A DNA stretch of 64,000 nt from Sulfuritalea sp. (lineage in GTDB: Bacteria; Pseudomonadota; Gammaproteobacteria; Burkholderiales; Burkholderiaceae_C): NCBI GenBank assembly GCA_021737875.1, contig JAIPDD010000001.1, positions 999 through 64,998 on the forward strand, written 5' to 3'. A program made the position numbers and the translations under genes. The notes under the pieces are model-generated. The model worked only from the letters and a program-made list of their open reading frames with translations. It was not told where the DNA came from and did no database searches. Numbering within the stretch: position 1 is the stretch's first letter; each line of letters opens with the position of its first letter. Positions 38,519-48,983 of the stretch are shown here, one piece after another.

Positions 38519-39529
38519 ATGATGGGGATGCAAAGTCGACATAACGGGTTTGATCAACCCTTGGCAAGCGAAATCACAGCGCCAGAGGTCGTGGCTGATC
38601 GCAGAGCCTTGCTGCAGCAGATGGCAACGGGTGCCGCAGGCGTGGCCATGGCCAGTTGGGCTTCTCGCCACGCCATTGCGCAGAGTGCGCTTGCGACAGA
38701 AAAGCCGGGGAAGTTGGCCACCTTGCTTTCAACGCCAAGTGCTGTTCCAGGCGCCCGGGTGATTGAAAAACCAACGTCTTACAAAGACGCCAGCAGCTAC
38801 AACAATTTTTACGAATTCGGGACAGACAAAGCCGATCCTGCAGTGAATGCCCACACGTTAAAAACCTCGCCATGGGCGATAGAGGTGGAAGGCTTGGTAA
38901 AAAACCCGGGAAAATTTGCGCTTGAGGACTTGCTTAAGTTAAGCCCCATGGAAGAGCGCATCTACCGGCTGCGCTGCGTCGAGGGCTGGTCCATGGTCAT
39001 TCCTTGGGTCGGGTATTCACTGGCGCAGCTGATAAAACGGGTGGCACCATTAGGCAGTGCCAAGTTTGTGGAATTTGTTACCTTGGCAGACCCTAAAACC
39101 ATGCCCTATGTGGGTAGCCGTATTTTGGATTGGCCCTATACCGAAGCCCTGCGTTTGGATGAAGCCATGCATCCCCTCACGCTTTTGTCTTTTGGAATGT
39201 ACGGCGAAATTCTTCCTAAACAAAATGGTGCCCCCGTTCGGCTGGTGGTGCCTTGGAAGTACGGATTCAAAAGTGCCAAAAGCCTTGTCAAAATCCGTTT
39301 CACTGAAAAACAGCCAGCGACCGCTTGGAACAAGGCCGCAGCCAATGAGTACGGATTCTTTTCTAATGTCAATCCTGCGGTGGATCATCCGCGCTGGAGC
39401 CAAGCCACAGAGCGTCGGATCGGTGAAGATGGCTTGTTTGCCAAGAAGCGAAAAACCTTGATGTTCAATGGCTACGAGGCCCAAGTCGGACAACTCTATG
39501 CCGGCATGGATTTACAAAAGTTTTTTTAA
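38519..39529 (+). CDS. msrP: Periplasmic methionine sulfoxide reductase, catalytic Mo subunit
   Basis: Tat RR signal, [41 protein letters not shown]. Confidence 0.95.
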   Translation: MMGMQSRHNGFDQPLASEITAPEVVADRRALLQQMATGAAGVAMASWASRHAIAQSALATEKPGKLATLLSTPSAVPGARVIEKPTSYKDASSYNNFYEFGTDKADPAVNAHTLKTSPWAIEVEGLVKNPGKFALEDLLKLSPMEERIYRLRCVEGWSMVIPWVGYSLAQLIKRVAPLGSAKFVEFVTLADPKTMPYVGSRILDWPYTEALRLDEAMHPLTLLSFGMYGEILPKQNGAPVRLVVPWKYGFKSAKSLVKIRFTEKQPATAWNKAAANEYGFFSNVNPAVDHPRWSQATERRIGEDGLFAKKRKTLMFNGYEAQVGQLYAGMDLQKFF

Positions 39530-39544
39530 ATTCCACAGCGCGAC

Positions 39545-40153
39545 GTGCATTTTTTGCAACATTTCTTGCGTCTGAGCAGCGCAAAACCAGCGCTTGTATT
39601 GTGTGGTCTGGTTCCCTTTTTTTGGCTTTTTTTGGCTGCATCCCAAGATGCTTTAGGCGCCAATCCGGCTGAATTTCTCAGCCGTGCAACGGGCGATTGG
39701 ACACTTCGCTTGTTGTGCATCACGCTTGCCATCACGCCGCTACGCCAGTTTCTTGGCTGGCCAGAACTGGCCCGGTTCAGGCGCATGCTGGGCTTGTTAA
39801 CCTACTTTTACGCCCTGCTTCATCTGCTGTGTTACAGCTGGCTTGACATGGGCTTTGACTGGGCTGAAACCGTGCGTGACATTGCCAAACGCCCTTTTAT
39901 TTGGGCAGGGTTTGGGGCTTTTGTGCTCCTGACACTTTTGGCTGCAACGTCATGGAACCGTGCCGTGCGATGGCTGGGGAGCAAACGCTGGCAGCGCTTG
40001 CACCAATCGGTGTATGCCATTGCTGGCTTGTCCTTATTGCATTTTTTTTGGATGCGCTCAGGTAAAAATGATTTCACCGAAGTGTGGGTGTATGCCACCC
40101 TCATCACTGTGCTGATGGCTTGGCGTGTGCGCCGATGGCTCGCGAAAACTTAG
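39545..40153 (+). CDS. msrQ: Methionine sulfoxide reductase heme-binding subunit
   Basis: TGDW, RRMLGL..Y..LH, KRPFI, WQRLH. Confidence 0.92.
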   Translation: MHFLQHFLRLSSAKPALVLCGLVPFFWLFLAASQDALGANPAEFLSRATGDWTLRLLCITLAITPLRQFLGWPELARFRRMLGLLTYFYALLHLLCYSWLDMGFDWAETVRDIAKRPFIWAGFGAFVLLTLLAATSWNRAVRWLGSKRWQRLHQSVYAIAGLSLLHFFWMRSGKNDFTEVWVYATLITVLMAWRVRRWLAKT

Positions 40154-41427
40154 CCTACCAACACCTCACCCGCCATGAGTTGCGCAGGGTTTTCGCGATG
40201 TCGAATCACATGGGCGGCGTTGCCATCAACCAAAATTTCTGCGGCGCGCCCACGGGAGTTGTAGTTGCTCGACATGCTCATGCAGTAGGCACCTGCGGAA
40301 AGTACCGCAAGGGTGTCGCCTGCCTTGACGTTGAGGCTTCGGTCGCGGCCGATCCAATCGCCACTTTCACAGACTGGGCCGACCACATCGTAGGTCAGGC
40401 CTGAACCCACTTTCTCAGTGATTGGTGTGATGTGGTGAAACGCTTCGTACATGGCAGGGCGGGGCAGATCGTTCATAGCCGCATCGATGATGCAGAAGTT
40501 TTTTTGTTCGCCCGGCTTGAGGTAAAGCACCTCGGTCAAGCACACCCCCGCATTACCCACCAAGGAGCGACCCGGTTCAATCATCAAGAGCCGTTTTCCG
40601 TACCCCCTGGCATCGAGTTTGAGCAGCAGCTGGGCCCATAGATCATCGGCGGACGGCGGTGTATCGCCTTGGTAATTGATTCCTAAGCCCCCGCCAAAAT
40701 CAATGTGTTCAATGGGGATGCCTGCAGCCTCGATGTCGTGGACCAAGTCCAAGATGCGGTCCATCGCGTCAAGATAAGGCGTGGCTTGGGTGATTTGAGA
40801 GCCAATATGGCAGTCAATGCCAACCACACGCAGACCCGACAGCTGGGCAGCGCGCTGGTAGGTTTTAAGAGCATTCTCATGCGCCACCCCAAATTTATTG
40901 CCCTTGAGTCCGGTAGAAATATAGGGGTGGGTTTTGGCATCGACATTGGGATTCACGCGAATGCTGACGGGTGCGCGTTTTCCCATTCCTTGCGCCACGT
41001 CGGAGAGAACTTCGAGCTCGGCGTCGCTTTCCACATTAAAGCATGCAATGTCTGCGGCCAAGGCTTTTTGCATTTCAGCGCGGGTTTTCCCAACGCCTGA
41101 AAAGATCACTTTGGACAGATCGCCGCCCGCGGCTGCGACCCGATCGAGCTCGCCCGCTGAGACGATATCAAAACCACAACCGGCCTTCGCGAACACCTGT
41201 AGGACAGCCAGCGAAGAGTTCGCTTTCATAGCGTAGCAGATGCGCGCATTGCGACCGGCGAAGCCTTTTTGGTAAGCGCCAAGCGCCGCCAGCATCGATG
41301 CTTTGGAATAGACAAACAAGGGCGTCCCATGGGCCTTTACCAAATCTTCCAAGGCGCAGCCTTCGGCATACATTTGCCCGCCCTGAAAATGGAAATGGGG
41401 GAAGCCAGGTAGGTCGGAGGTTTTCAT
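40150..41427 (-). CDS. lysA: Diaminopimelate decarboxylase
   Basis: YAMKANS, HPYISTG..NKFG, HIGSQ, EPGRS, GPVCESGD, GAY. Confidence 0.96.
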   Translation of the reverse strand: MKTSDLPGFPHFHFQGGQMYAEGCALEDLVKAHGTPLFVYSKASMLAALGAYQKGFAGRNARICYAMKANSSLAVLQVFAKAGCGFDIVSAGELDRVAAAGGDLSKVIFSGVGKTRAEMQKALAADIACFNVESDAELEVLSDVAQGMGKRAPVSIRVNPNVDAKTHPYISTGLKGNKFGVAHENALKTYQRAAQLSGLRVVGIDCHIGSQITQATPYLDAMDRILDLVHDIEAAGIPIEHIDFGGGLGINYQGDTPPSADDLWAQLLLKLDARGYGKRLLMIEPGRSLVGNAGVCLTEVLYLKPGEQKNFCIIDAAMNDLPRPAMYEAFHHITPITEKVGSGLTYDVVGPVCESGDWIGRDRSLNVKAGDTLAVLSAGAYCMSMSSNYNSRGRAAEILVDGNAAHVIRHRENPAQLMAGEVLVG

Positions 41428-41447
41428 GGAAAGGGAAAGTAAAGAAG

Positions 41448-41594
41448 TCAAAGAAGGACGATACTGCTTGCAATGGAGTTGAGGGACGTTTTTGTGGGAA
41501 GGTACAAGGGCCCCATTTGACCGCAGCCCGTGAGATTGAGCCCACAAAACCCCAGGACAATCGCGATGACTAGAATTTGTTTTGTTTTTAACAT
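41448..41594 (-). CDS. lptM: Small lipoprotein LptM/YifL family
   Basis: 48 aa; lipobox LTGC followed by GQMGPLYLP; canonical cyaY-lptM-lysA position. Confidence 0.8.
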   Translation of the reverse strand: MLKTKQILVIAIVLGFCGLNLTGCGQMGPLYLPTKTSLNSIASSIVLL

Positions 41595-41606
41595 AGTGAA
41601 ATTGTA

Positions 41607-41936
41607 ATGACTGACCCTGAATTCATGGACCGCGCCGAAGCATTGCTGCAAGCTGTAGAGGTCTGCTGCGACACAATGAATGACATGGACGGTGTCGATG
41701 TGGACAACCAGCGCGTCGGATCCATGGTGACATTGTCGTTTCCTAACCGCAGCCAAATCATTATTAATTTACAAAAACCCCTGCATGAAGTGTGGATCGC
41801 AGCCCGATCGGGTGGCTACCACTTTCGCTGGCAAGACGGTGTGTGGCAAGACACCAAAGGACAAGGCGAGTTTTATGACACCTTGTCCAAAGATGCAAGC
41901 GCCCAAGCGGGGCGGCCTTTGCACTTTGGCAGCTGA
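41607..41936 (+). CDS. cyaY: Frataxin-like iron donor CyaY
   Basis: [23 protein letters not shown]. Confidence 0.95.
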   Translation: MTDPEFMDRAEALLQAVEVCCDTMNDMDGVDVDNQRVGSMVTLSFPNRSQIIINLQKPLHEVWIAARSGGYHFRWQDGVWQDTKGQGEFYDTLSKDASAQAGRPLHFGS

Positions 41937-44318
41937 TTAATTTCTAAACAAGTCCAATATGGTCTTTTTCTCGTCTGCTGCAGGAAGTGCTTGCCGCTGA
42001 GAATTCAGGGTTTTCTCGCCCGCTCCTAGCGCAGTAATCCCCGTTCCCTTAGAGAACTCTTCAAAGTACCACTCATTGTTGAGATAAACCACGCCGGCGG
42101 GTGCTTCAGGCTCCATGATGGGTGTATTTTTCAGCGCAGTTTCCATAAAGCTGATCCACACAGGCAAACTTAATCCCCCACCGGTTTCGCGGTCGCCGAG
42201 TTTGCGCGGTGTGTCGTAGCCAATCCAAGTCACTGCTGCCAGTGTGGGGTGGTAGCCCGCGAACCAGGCGTCCATCGAGTCATTGGTGGTGCCGGTTTTG
42301 CCATACACATCCGGGCGCTTCAAGGTGGCCTGCGCTTTGGCTGCCGTACCAGAGCGGGTCACCTCTTGCAGCAGGCTAGTCATCAAAAAAGCATTGCGCG
42401 GCTCGATGGCACGGTTGGCTTCGTCGACTTCGGGGACCGCTGTTTCAACGAGCAGCTTTCCGCGTTGCTCGCTGACTTTGGACACCAGCCACGGATTGAT
42501 ACGCAGGCCGCCATTGGCAAAAACAGAATAACCCGTAGCCATTTGCATAGGAGTCACCGAGCCAGCGCCCAAAGCCATGGTGAGGTAGGGAGGGTGTTTG
42601 TCTGGATCAAAGCCAAATTTTGTCATCCATTCTTGGGCGTAGCGGGGCCCAATCGCTTGCAAAATTTGAATAGAAATCATATTTTTGGATTTGGCCAAGC
42701 CGCGTCGCAAACTCATAGGGCCGTCAAACGTGCCATCGTAATTTTTGGGCTCCCACGCTTGGCTGCCAGTGACATCCGAATCGAAAAACAGCGGCATATC
42801 ATTGATCACGGTAGACGGTGTAAACCCTTTTTCTAAAGCAGCAGAATAAATAAAAGGTTTAAAGCTCGATCCTGGTTGTCGCCAGGCTTGGGTGACATGG
42901 TTGAATTTGTTTTTCACAAAATCAAAACCACCCACCAAAGCCTTGATCGAGCCGTCACGCGGGTCAAGGGCCACAAAAGCACCTTCTACCTCAGGCAACT
43001 GGGTAATTTCCCAACCGCCTTTGGCCATTTTGACAACGCGAATCAAGGCGCCTGGACGAATGCGAATATTGGGCGCGGCTTTCTCGGAAAGACCCGATTG
43101 GGCGGGCTTGAGACCTTCCCCAGTAATTTCGACAAGTTCGGACGCATGGCGCAACGCGCGAATTTTTTTAGGGTCGGCACTGATGACCACAGCCGACTGG
43201 ACATCGCCATTGTCGGGATGGTCATCGAGTGCTTCGTCAATGGCATCTTCCATTTCTTGGGGATCGGCAGGCAAAGAAATAAATTTCTCAGGGCCTCGGT
43301 ACACCTGGCGTCTCTCAAAATCCATGATGCCGCGGCGCAGCGCTTTGTAAGCCGCTTCTTGGTCCGCATGAATGATGGTGGTGACTACATCCAAACCCCG
43401 GGTGTAGGTCTCTTCGCCATATTGGGCAAACATGGCTTGGCGAACCATTTCGGTGACATAGTCTGCGTGGCCTTGGTGGCGGGCCGCCGCAGTTTTAATT
43501 TGAAGAACCTGTTGTTTGGCTGTTTCGGCTTCTTGGGCAGTAATGAAGCCGTTTTCAAGCATGCGTTCAATGATGTACTGCTGTCGAATGCGGGCCCGCT
43601 TGGGGTTGCTGATGGGGTTGTAGGCCGAAGGCGCTTTGGGTAAGCCCGCTAGCATGGCTGCTTCTGCAATTGTGATATTTTTTAAGGGCTTGCCAAAATA
43701 GGTTTCACTGGCTGCTGCAAAACCATAGGCGCGGTTGCCTAGAAAAATCTGATTCATGTAGATTTCAAGAATCTGGTCTTTGCTGAAGTTGTTTTCCAGT
43801 TTGAAGGTCAGCAAAATTTCATAGATTTTCCGGGTGAACGTTTTCTCCGACGACAGGTAAACATTCCGTGCCACTTGCATCGTAATGGTTGAGGCGCCTT
43901 GGCTCTTCGCGCGCCCAAGGTTGGCAAGCGCAGCCCGTACCATACCCAGATAGTCCACACCGCCATGCTGAAAAAACCGGGCGTCTTCAATCGCCAAGAT
44001 GGCGTTTTTCATAACGTCTGGTATCTCTGCGATAGGGGTGAGCGTGCGATGCTCCTCACCAAACTCGCCGAGCAAATCGCCTTCAGCAGAAAAAATCCGC
44101 AGGGGAAGTTTGGGTCGGTAATCTTCGAGGTCAGAGATGTCAGGAAGATTAGGGTAAGCAATCGCCATCGTGATGGCCACAATGATGAATACCGAGGCAA
44201 CACCCGCTAAGCCGATCCCTACGATCCATGTAAAAAGTTGCAAAAACCAGCCTTTTGGTTCAGCAGCGTTCTTTGGGGATGCTGATTTTTTATCGGGAGA
44301 TGAAGGTGGTTTGGACAT
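41937..44318 (-). CDS. mrcA: Penicillin-binding protein 1A
   Basis: EDARFFQH, GASTITMQ, RKIYE, PGSSFKP, SKN, KTGTT. Confidence 0.95.
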   Translation of the reverse strand: MSKPPSSPDKKSASPKNAAEPKGWFLQLFTWIVGIGLAGVASVFIIVAITMAIAYPNLPDISDLEDYRPKLPLRIFSAEGDLLGEFGEEHRTLTPIAEIPDVMKNAILAIEDARFFQHGGVDYLGMVRAALANLGRAKSQGASTITMQVARNVYLSSEKTFTRKIYEILLTFKLENNFSKDQILEIYMNQIFLGNRAYGFAAASETYFGKPLKNITIAEAAMLAGLPKAPSAYNPISNPKRARIRQQYIIERMLENGFITAQEAETAKQQVLQIKTAAARHQGHADYVTEMVRQAMFAQYGEETYTRGLDVVTTIIHADQEAAYKALRRGIMDFERRQVYRGPEKFISLPADPQEMEDAIDEALDDHPDNGDVQSAVVISADPKKIRALRHASELVEITGEGLKPAQSGLSEKAAPNIRIRPGALIRVVKMAKGGWEITQLPEVEGAFVALDPRDGSIKALVGGFDFVKNKFNHVTQAWRQPGSSFKPFIYSAALEKGFTPSTVINDMPLFFDSDVTGSQAWEPKNYDGTFDGPMSLRRGLAKSKNMISIQILQAIGPRYAQEWMTKFGFDPDKHPPYLTMALGAGSVTPMQMATGYSVFANGGLRINPWLVSKVSEQRGKLLVETAVPEVDEANRAIEPRNAFLMTSLLQEVTRSGTAAKAQATLKRPDVYGKTGTTNDSMDAWFAGYHPTLAAVTWIGYDTPRKLGDRETGGGLSLPVWISFMETALKNTPIMEPEAPAGVVYLNNEWYFEEFSKGTGITALGAGEKTLNSQRQALPAADEKKTILDLFRN

Positions 44319-44508
44319 GCAAATGGGGTGCGCTTCTGAGAAGGCCACTATGGTAGCGCAGGATGGGCTCGCGCTCAGCCAAAGGAAATGACCCTGCCTG
44401 AGGGCTTGTTGGGGAAGTTCCCTAGTGGCGTGATGACTTCTGGGGTGCTAGTATCGAACTAAATTCAAGAGTGCGAAGTCACCAGAAATTTTTTGAGCGG
44501 GAGGCTCA

Positions 44509-45480
44509 ATGCACATCCGTTCCTTTTGGGGGACATGCCCTGCACCCCTATTGGGGCTTGACATCAGTTCAAGCAGCGTCAAGCTGGTTGAAATTGAAAG
44601 TCGAGGCCGCCAAAAGCTTTTAAAGCATTGCGCGCGTGCCCCCTTGGGCAGCGGCTGGGTCGTCGATGGAAGGATTGAAAACCCCCACGAAGTCGCAGCT
44701 GTGATTCGCGGCTTAATTGATACAACAGGAACAAAAACACGTCAGGTGGCTTTGGCCTTGCCTTCGTCGGCTGTCATCACACGCCAAGTTTTTATTCCGA
44801 GGGGTTTAACTGCGCTAGAAATAGAGCAGCAAGTAGAAATGGAAGCGCGCCAGGCCATGGGGCTCCCATTAGAAGAGCTGTATTTAGATTTTTGCGAAGA
44901 AGGCGCTGTTGGTGAGCGGATAGACAAAGTAGCAGTTCAAATTGTCGGAACTCGGCGTGAACGCATCAGCGATTTACAAACGTTGTGTGATCGTTCCGGG
45001 TTAGAGCCGGTGGTCGTAGAAATTCAAAATGCATCGCTGAGTCGCGCGATGGTGCGTGTCATGCGATTGGCCCCACCGTCACCTGTTGACGCCATTTTTC
45101 TTCAATTGAAATGGAGTGGTTCCGAGGTAAGCACCCAAGCCTTCCAATATTTCGAACCGATTTATTGGCACTCGCAGTCCTGTGCGCAGCCACTGCAAGA
45201 TAAGCACAGGGGCGCGTTATTGAAGGACATTGAAAACGGTTTACAGCAGTTTTTACAGAATGCGACATCAGGGCGCGTCCATGGAATGTACTTGGCAGGA
45301 GGCGTGGCTTTAACGCAAGGAATTTGCGAATGGGCCACGCAAGCCACCCATATCCCCTGTGATGTTCTTGATCCCTTTCAAGGCTTGGCGGTGCACCAGC
45401 AACTAGATCGCCATACCGTTCAAAAAGAAGCGGCGCACTATGTGAGCGCGTGTGGCTTGGCACTCAGAACGCCAACATAG
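44509..45480 (+). CDS. pilM: Type IV pilus assembly protein PilM (divergent, shortened)
   Basis: LLGLDISSSSVKLVE, VALALPSSAVIT, LAGG, CGLALR. Divergent from mrcA. Confidence 0.85.
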   Translation: MHIRSFWGTCPAPLLGLDISSSSVKLVEIESRGRQKLLKHCARAPLGSGWVVDGRIENPHEVAAVIRGLIDTTGTKTRQVALALPSSAVITRQVFIPRGLTALEIEQQVEMEARQAMGLPLEELYLDFCEEGAVGERIDKVAVQIVGTRRERISDLQTLCDRSGLEPVVVEIQNASLSRAMVRVMRLAPPSPVDAIFLQLKWSGSEVSTQAFQYFEPIYWHSQSCAQPLQDKHRGALLKDIENGLQQFLQNATSGRVHGMYLAGGVALTQGICEWATQATHIPCDVLDPFQGLAVHQQLDRHTVQKEAAHYVSACGLALRTPT

Positions 45481-45482
45481 TT

Positions 45483-46070
45483 ATGGAATTCAATTTACTC
45501 CCCTACCGCGAAGCACGCCGGCTGCGCCAGCGGAGGCTTTTTTTCCAACTGTTGGCTTTGTCATGTGCCGTGGGTGTTCTCAGTGCGTTTGTGGTGGCGG
45601 TTGTCTTTGATTCTCTGATTGATCGCCAGCGATATAGCAACGACCTTGCCAAAGCAGACGTAAAGCAATGGGATCAAAAAATCAAACACGTGGCGACACT
45701 TCAGACAGAAATAGCTGCACTTAAAAAACGCCAACACGCCCTGTCGCTCCTGCAAAGCCAGAGGTATCTTCCGGTGCATGTAATGAACGCTCTGACGGCA
45801 GAGTTTCCCGATGGAATTCTTTTGACCAAGGTACTGCAATCGGCGCAAGGTATCCTCATCACAGGCGACGCCTTAAGCAGCGATGCGGTCTTTGAATGGA
45901 TGCTTCACCTCGCCCAAAAAAGCACCTTGTTTTCCAACCCAGAACTTTTGGATATGCGTTTGGGAAATACGGATGGAGGCTTCGCACTGCAATCCTCCGC
46001 TTTTCGTTTTAGCCTGCGCGTGCAATTAAAAACTGCAGCGCAAGAGCCTGTGGCGATGGTGAAGGAGTAA
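45483..46070 (+). CDS. pilN: Type IV pilus assembly protein PilN
   Basis: FNLLPYRE motif, TM, coiled coil, ferredoxin-like periplasmic domain. Confidence 0.88.
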   Translation: MEFNLLPYREARRLRQRRLFFQLLALSCAVGVLSAFVVAVVFDSLIDRQRYSNDLAKADVKQWDQKIKHVATLQTEIAALKKRQHALSLLQSQRYLPVHVMNALTAEFPDGILLTKVLQSAQGILITGDALSSDAVFEWMLHLAQKSTLFSNPELLDMRLGNTDGGFALQSSAFRFSLRVQLKTAAQEPVAMVKE

Positions 46071-47101
46071 TGAGGATGGCTGCGCGCAATGGGGTCAAGA
46101 CCCTGCATGGTTTGGAAGTACGCCGACCTGACTTGTGGCCTGTGGCGTGGCAACGGGGCTTGTTGATAGGCGCTGGTTTCTTGTTGTGGCTTGCGCTAGA
46201 GATTGTTTTTATTGCTGATCTCAGAGGAGTGCTTCAAAATTTGCAACTCGAAAAGCAGGAGTTGGACAAGCAGATTCAATTGAAACGTGAAAAAGCAGCC
46301 TTGGTACTGCCCTTGTTTTTGGAGGTGCAAGCGCTCCAAGCCCAGTTGCGCAGCTTAAGCGCACCCTTACCCGAGAGAGCGCATTGGGATGAATTGCTTT
46401 CGGCGTTGAACCAAGCAGAGCGTCGGCATAAGGTGGCGCTGGAGTGGTTCAAGCCCGACGCTGCACGGGTGAGTTCGCAATGGGTCGAGTTACCGGCTTC
46501 CATTAGGGTGAAAGGGGAATTTCACGCGATGGGCGGTTTTATTTCAGAACTCGCGCATTCCAATCATTGGGTGGTGCTTGATCAACTCAGTTTGGAGGCG
46601 GGCGCCAAAGATACCGTCACGCTTCACGCGAAACTCAAAGCCTTTCGCCAACGCAGCCCTGCCGAGGCCGAGGCATTTCGAGAAGAAAAATCGGTGACGG
46701 CTGTAGAGGCTGCTTGGACTTTGGATCCAACGCATTACGAAGGGTCTCATAGACCAGACCCTTTTAAGCCGCATGCAACCCAAGTCGCATCAACCATAGT
46801 TAAGGCGGCAACCCCGCCTTGGCAGGCAAGCGCATCCAGTGCAAAACATCCTTTGGAAATGGCCCCATTGGACACCATGCGCTTGGTCGGACAACTGTGG
46901 CAAAACGATCGCAGCGTGGGCTTGATCCGATCCAATGGTGTGGTGTATCCCGTGCGGGTCGGAACGGTTCTAGGAACAAACCAGGGCTGGGTGAGTTCGG
47001 TGGACAGTTCAGGCCTGGTGGTCCTTGAAAAATCGACGGACGCTTCAGGGCGACCTTCTCAGCGAAGCACTTTCATACCCATGAGCAGGAGTACACCATG
47101 A
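46070..47101 (+). CDS. pilO-pilP: PilO-PilP fusion protein
   Basis: N-part is PilO-like (WP, TM, LP, WFKP, ELP...GEFHAMGGF). C-part is PilP-like (RPDPF, HPLEMAPLDTMRLVG, VYPVRVG..LGTN). One uninterrupted 343-aa frame. Confidence 0.85.
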   Translation: MRMAARNGVKTLHGLEVRRPDLWPVAWQRGLLIGAGFLLWLALEIVFIADLRGVLQNLQLEKQELDKQIQLKREKAALVLPLFLEVQALQAQLRSLSAPLPERAHWDELLSALNQAERRHKVALEWFKPDAARVSSQWVELPASIRVKGEFHAMGGFISELAHSNHWVVLDQLSLEAGAKDTVTLHAKLKAFRQRSPAEAEAFREEKSVTAVEAAWTLDPTHYEGSHRPDPFKPHATQVASTIVKAATPPWQASASSAKHPLEMAPLDTMRLVGQLWQNDRSVGLIRSNGVVYPVRVGTVLGTNQGWVSSVDSSGLVVLEKSTDASGRPSQRSTFIPMSRSTP

Positions 47102-48900
47102 ACTTTGCACATTCCGTTTGGCAAATACAGGGCTTGGTATTTTTGCTGTTGGTTGGCTTTTCGGTGCGTGCCGAAAACCTCTTGCCACATAAACCGTCCA
47201 GCCCATCCGTGCGTCTTGCCAGTGGCAAAGTATTGATGCCATTGTCCAATGTGGAATTTCAAAAAGCGTCTCTTGGGGTGGGCCGCGTGAAGGTGACATT
47301 GCCAGATCCCACGATGGAGATGAAGGTGCGCAGACAGGGCGACCATTTAATCGCTGAATTTTCTCAAGCCACTTTACCTGAACACTTGCATCGGCGTATG
47401 GATGTCTCAGACTTTGCAACGCCGATCCAATCCATCACGACAACCCAAGCGGGTGACCGTGTCCGGATGGCCATTGCATCCCAAGGCCATTGGGAGCATG
47501 CTTCCTACCAAACGGATAAGCAATGGGTGATTGAGATCAAAGAAGCGCAAGCCGACAACAAAAAAATCCTACCTGGTTCAGGCTACAAAGGCGAAAAGTT
47601 ATCTTTGCATTTTCAAAACATTGAGGTTCGCTCGGTATTGCAAGTGATCGCAGACTTTACCCAATTCAATGTCATTACCTCAGACTCGGTGACGGGGTCA
47701 TTGACCCTGCGCTTGCAAGATATCCCTTGGGACCAGGCCTTGGATATTATTTTGCAAGCCAAGGGGCTGGGAGTGCGTAAGAATGGAAATGTGCTTTGGG
47801 TTGCCCCCAAAGAAGAAATAGCTGCGAAAGATAAATTGGATTTTGAAAGTCTGGCATCGGTGGAGGGCGTAGAGGCATTGCGTACCCAGTCTTTTCCAAT
47901 GAACTATGCAAAAGCACAGGATATTGCTCCACAACTCAGCGCTGGCGGCGGCGCCCCGAACACAGGTGCGCGCATTCTCAGTGCGCGGGGAAGTGTTTTT
48001 GCGGAACCCCGGACCAACCAGTTGTTTGTTACTGACACCCCTGCCAAGCTAGAGCAAATTCAAAAGTTGATTGCCCAGCTTGATATTCCGGTTCGTCAAA
48101 TATTGATTGAGGCGCGCATCGTCGAAGCATCCGATACGTTTGGCAAGTCTTTGGGGGTCAAACTCGGCGGCAATGACCTGAGTGCATCCAAAGGAGGCGA
48201 GGGTGGTGTGGCTTTAGGGGGTGATAAGCGCCTTGCAATCGGGACGACCTACGGCAACGCGGTCGCATCGACAGGTTTAGGTGGACCCCCCAATTTATCC
48301 TCCAACTTTGTCAACTTGCCAGCAGTGGGTCAAAACGGATACAGCGCCGCAACCTTTGCCCTGACGCTCTTTGGTGCATCTTCTAACCACCTGATGGCCC
48401 TAGAAATTTCGGCGCTGGAAGCCGATGGAAAAGGAAAAGTAGTTTCTAGCCCCCGGGTGATTACCGCAGACCAAGTCAAAGCACTCATTGAGCAAGGAAC
48501 CGAGCTCCCTTACCAGGTGGCCTCGAGCAGCGGTGCAACTTCGATTGCTTTTCGCAAAGCCAACCTCAAGTTAGAGGTCACGCCCCAAATCACCCCGGAA
48601 GGCAGCGTGAGTTTTGATTTGGATGTCACCAAAGACAGCGTAGGACAAGCCACGGCCGCCGGCTTTGCTATCAATACGAAGCACATCAAAACCCAAGTCT
48701 TAGTCGAGAACGGTGGCACGGTGGTTATTGGCGGAATTTTCGAAGTCAATGAAAACGAAAGCGAAACCAAAGTGCCCGTGCTCGGTGATTTACCAGTGAT
48801 TGGCTATTTATTCAAAACCCGCCAGCGCTCGACCAACAAGCAAGAGATGCTGGTCTTTATTACCCCCAAGGTGGTCAGCGAGCGCGCGATCTTGCGCTAG
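47098..48900 (+). CDS. pilQ: Type IV pilus secretin PilQ (short form)
   Basis: GEKLSLHFQNIEVR, IPWDQAL, QILIEARIVEA, VPVLGDLPVIGYLFK, FITPK. Confidence 0.94.
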   Translation: MNFAHSVWQIQGLVFLLLVGFSVRAENLLPHKPSSPSVRLASGKVLMPLSNVEFQKASLGVGRVKVTLPDPTMEMKVRRQGDHLIAEFSQATLPEHLHRRMDVSDFATPIQSITTTQAGDRVRMAIASQGHWEHASYQTDKQWVIEIKEAQADNKKILPGSGYKGEKLSLHFQNIEVRSVLQVIADFTQFNVITSDSVTGSLTLRLQDIPWDQALDIILQAKGLGVRKNGNVLWVAPKEEIAAKDKLDFESLASVEGVEALRTQSFPMNYAKAQDIAPQLSAGGGAPNTGARILSARGSVFAEPRTNQLFVTDTPAKLEQIQKLIAQLDIPVRQILIEARIVEASDTFGKSLGVKLGGNDLSASKGGEGGVALGGDKRLAIGTTYGNAVASTGLGGPPNLSSNFVNLPAVGQNGYSAATFALTLFGASSNHLMALEISALEADGKGKVVSSPRVITADQVKALIEQGTELPYQVASSSGATSIAFRKANLKLEVTPQITPEGSVSFDLDVTKDSVGQATAAGFAINTKHIKTQVLVENGGTVVIGGIFEVNENESETKVPVLGDLPVIGYLFKTRQRSTNKQEMLVFITPKVVSERAILR

Positions 48901-48983
48901 ATCGAATGAGGGACAGGGATGTCCGATAATGCATTTTCTGGCCTGCATTGGCAGTCGAGCATTTATTCAAAGAAACCCTTGCC

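Noticed and set aside
44350-44508. Inverted repeats (TGACTTC...GAAGTCA, GGGAAGTTCCC) upstream of pilM as a c-di-GMP riboswitch
   Set aside because: No GEMM consensus is visible, and the repeats are short enough to be chance or a simple protein-binding site.
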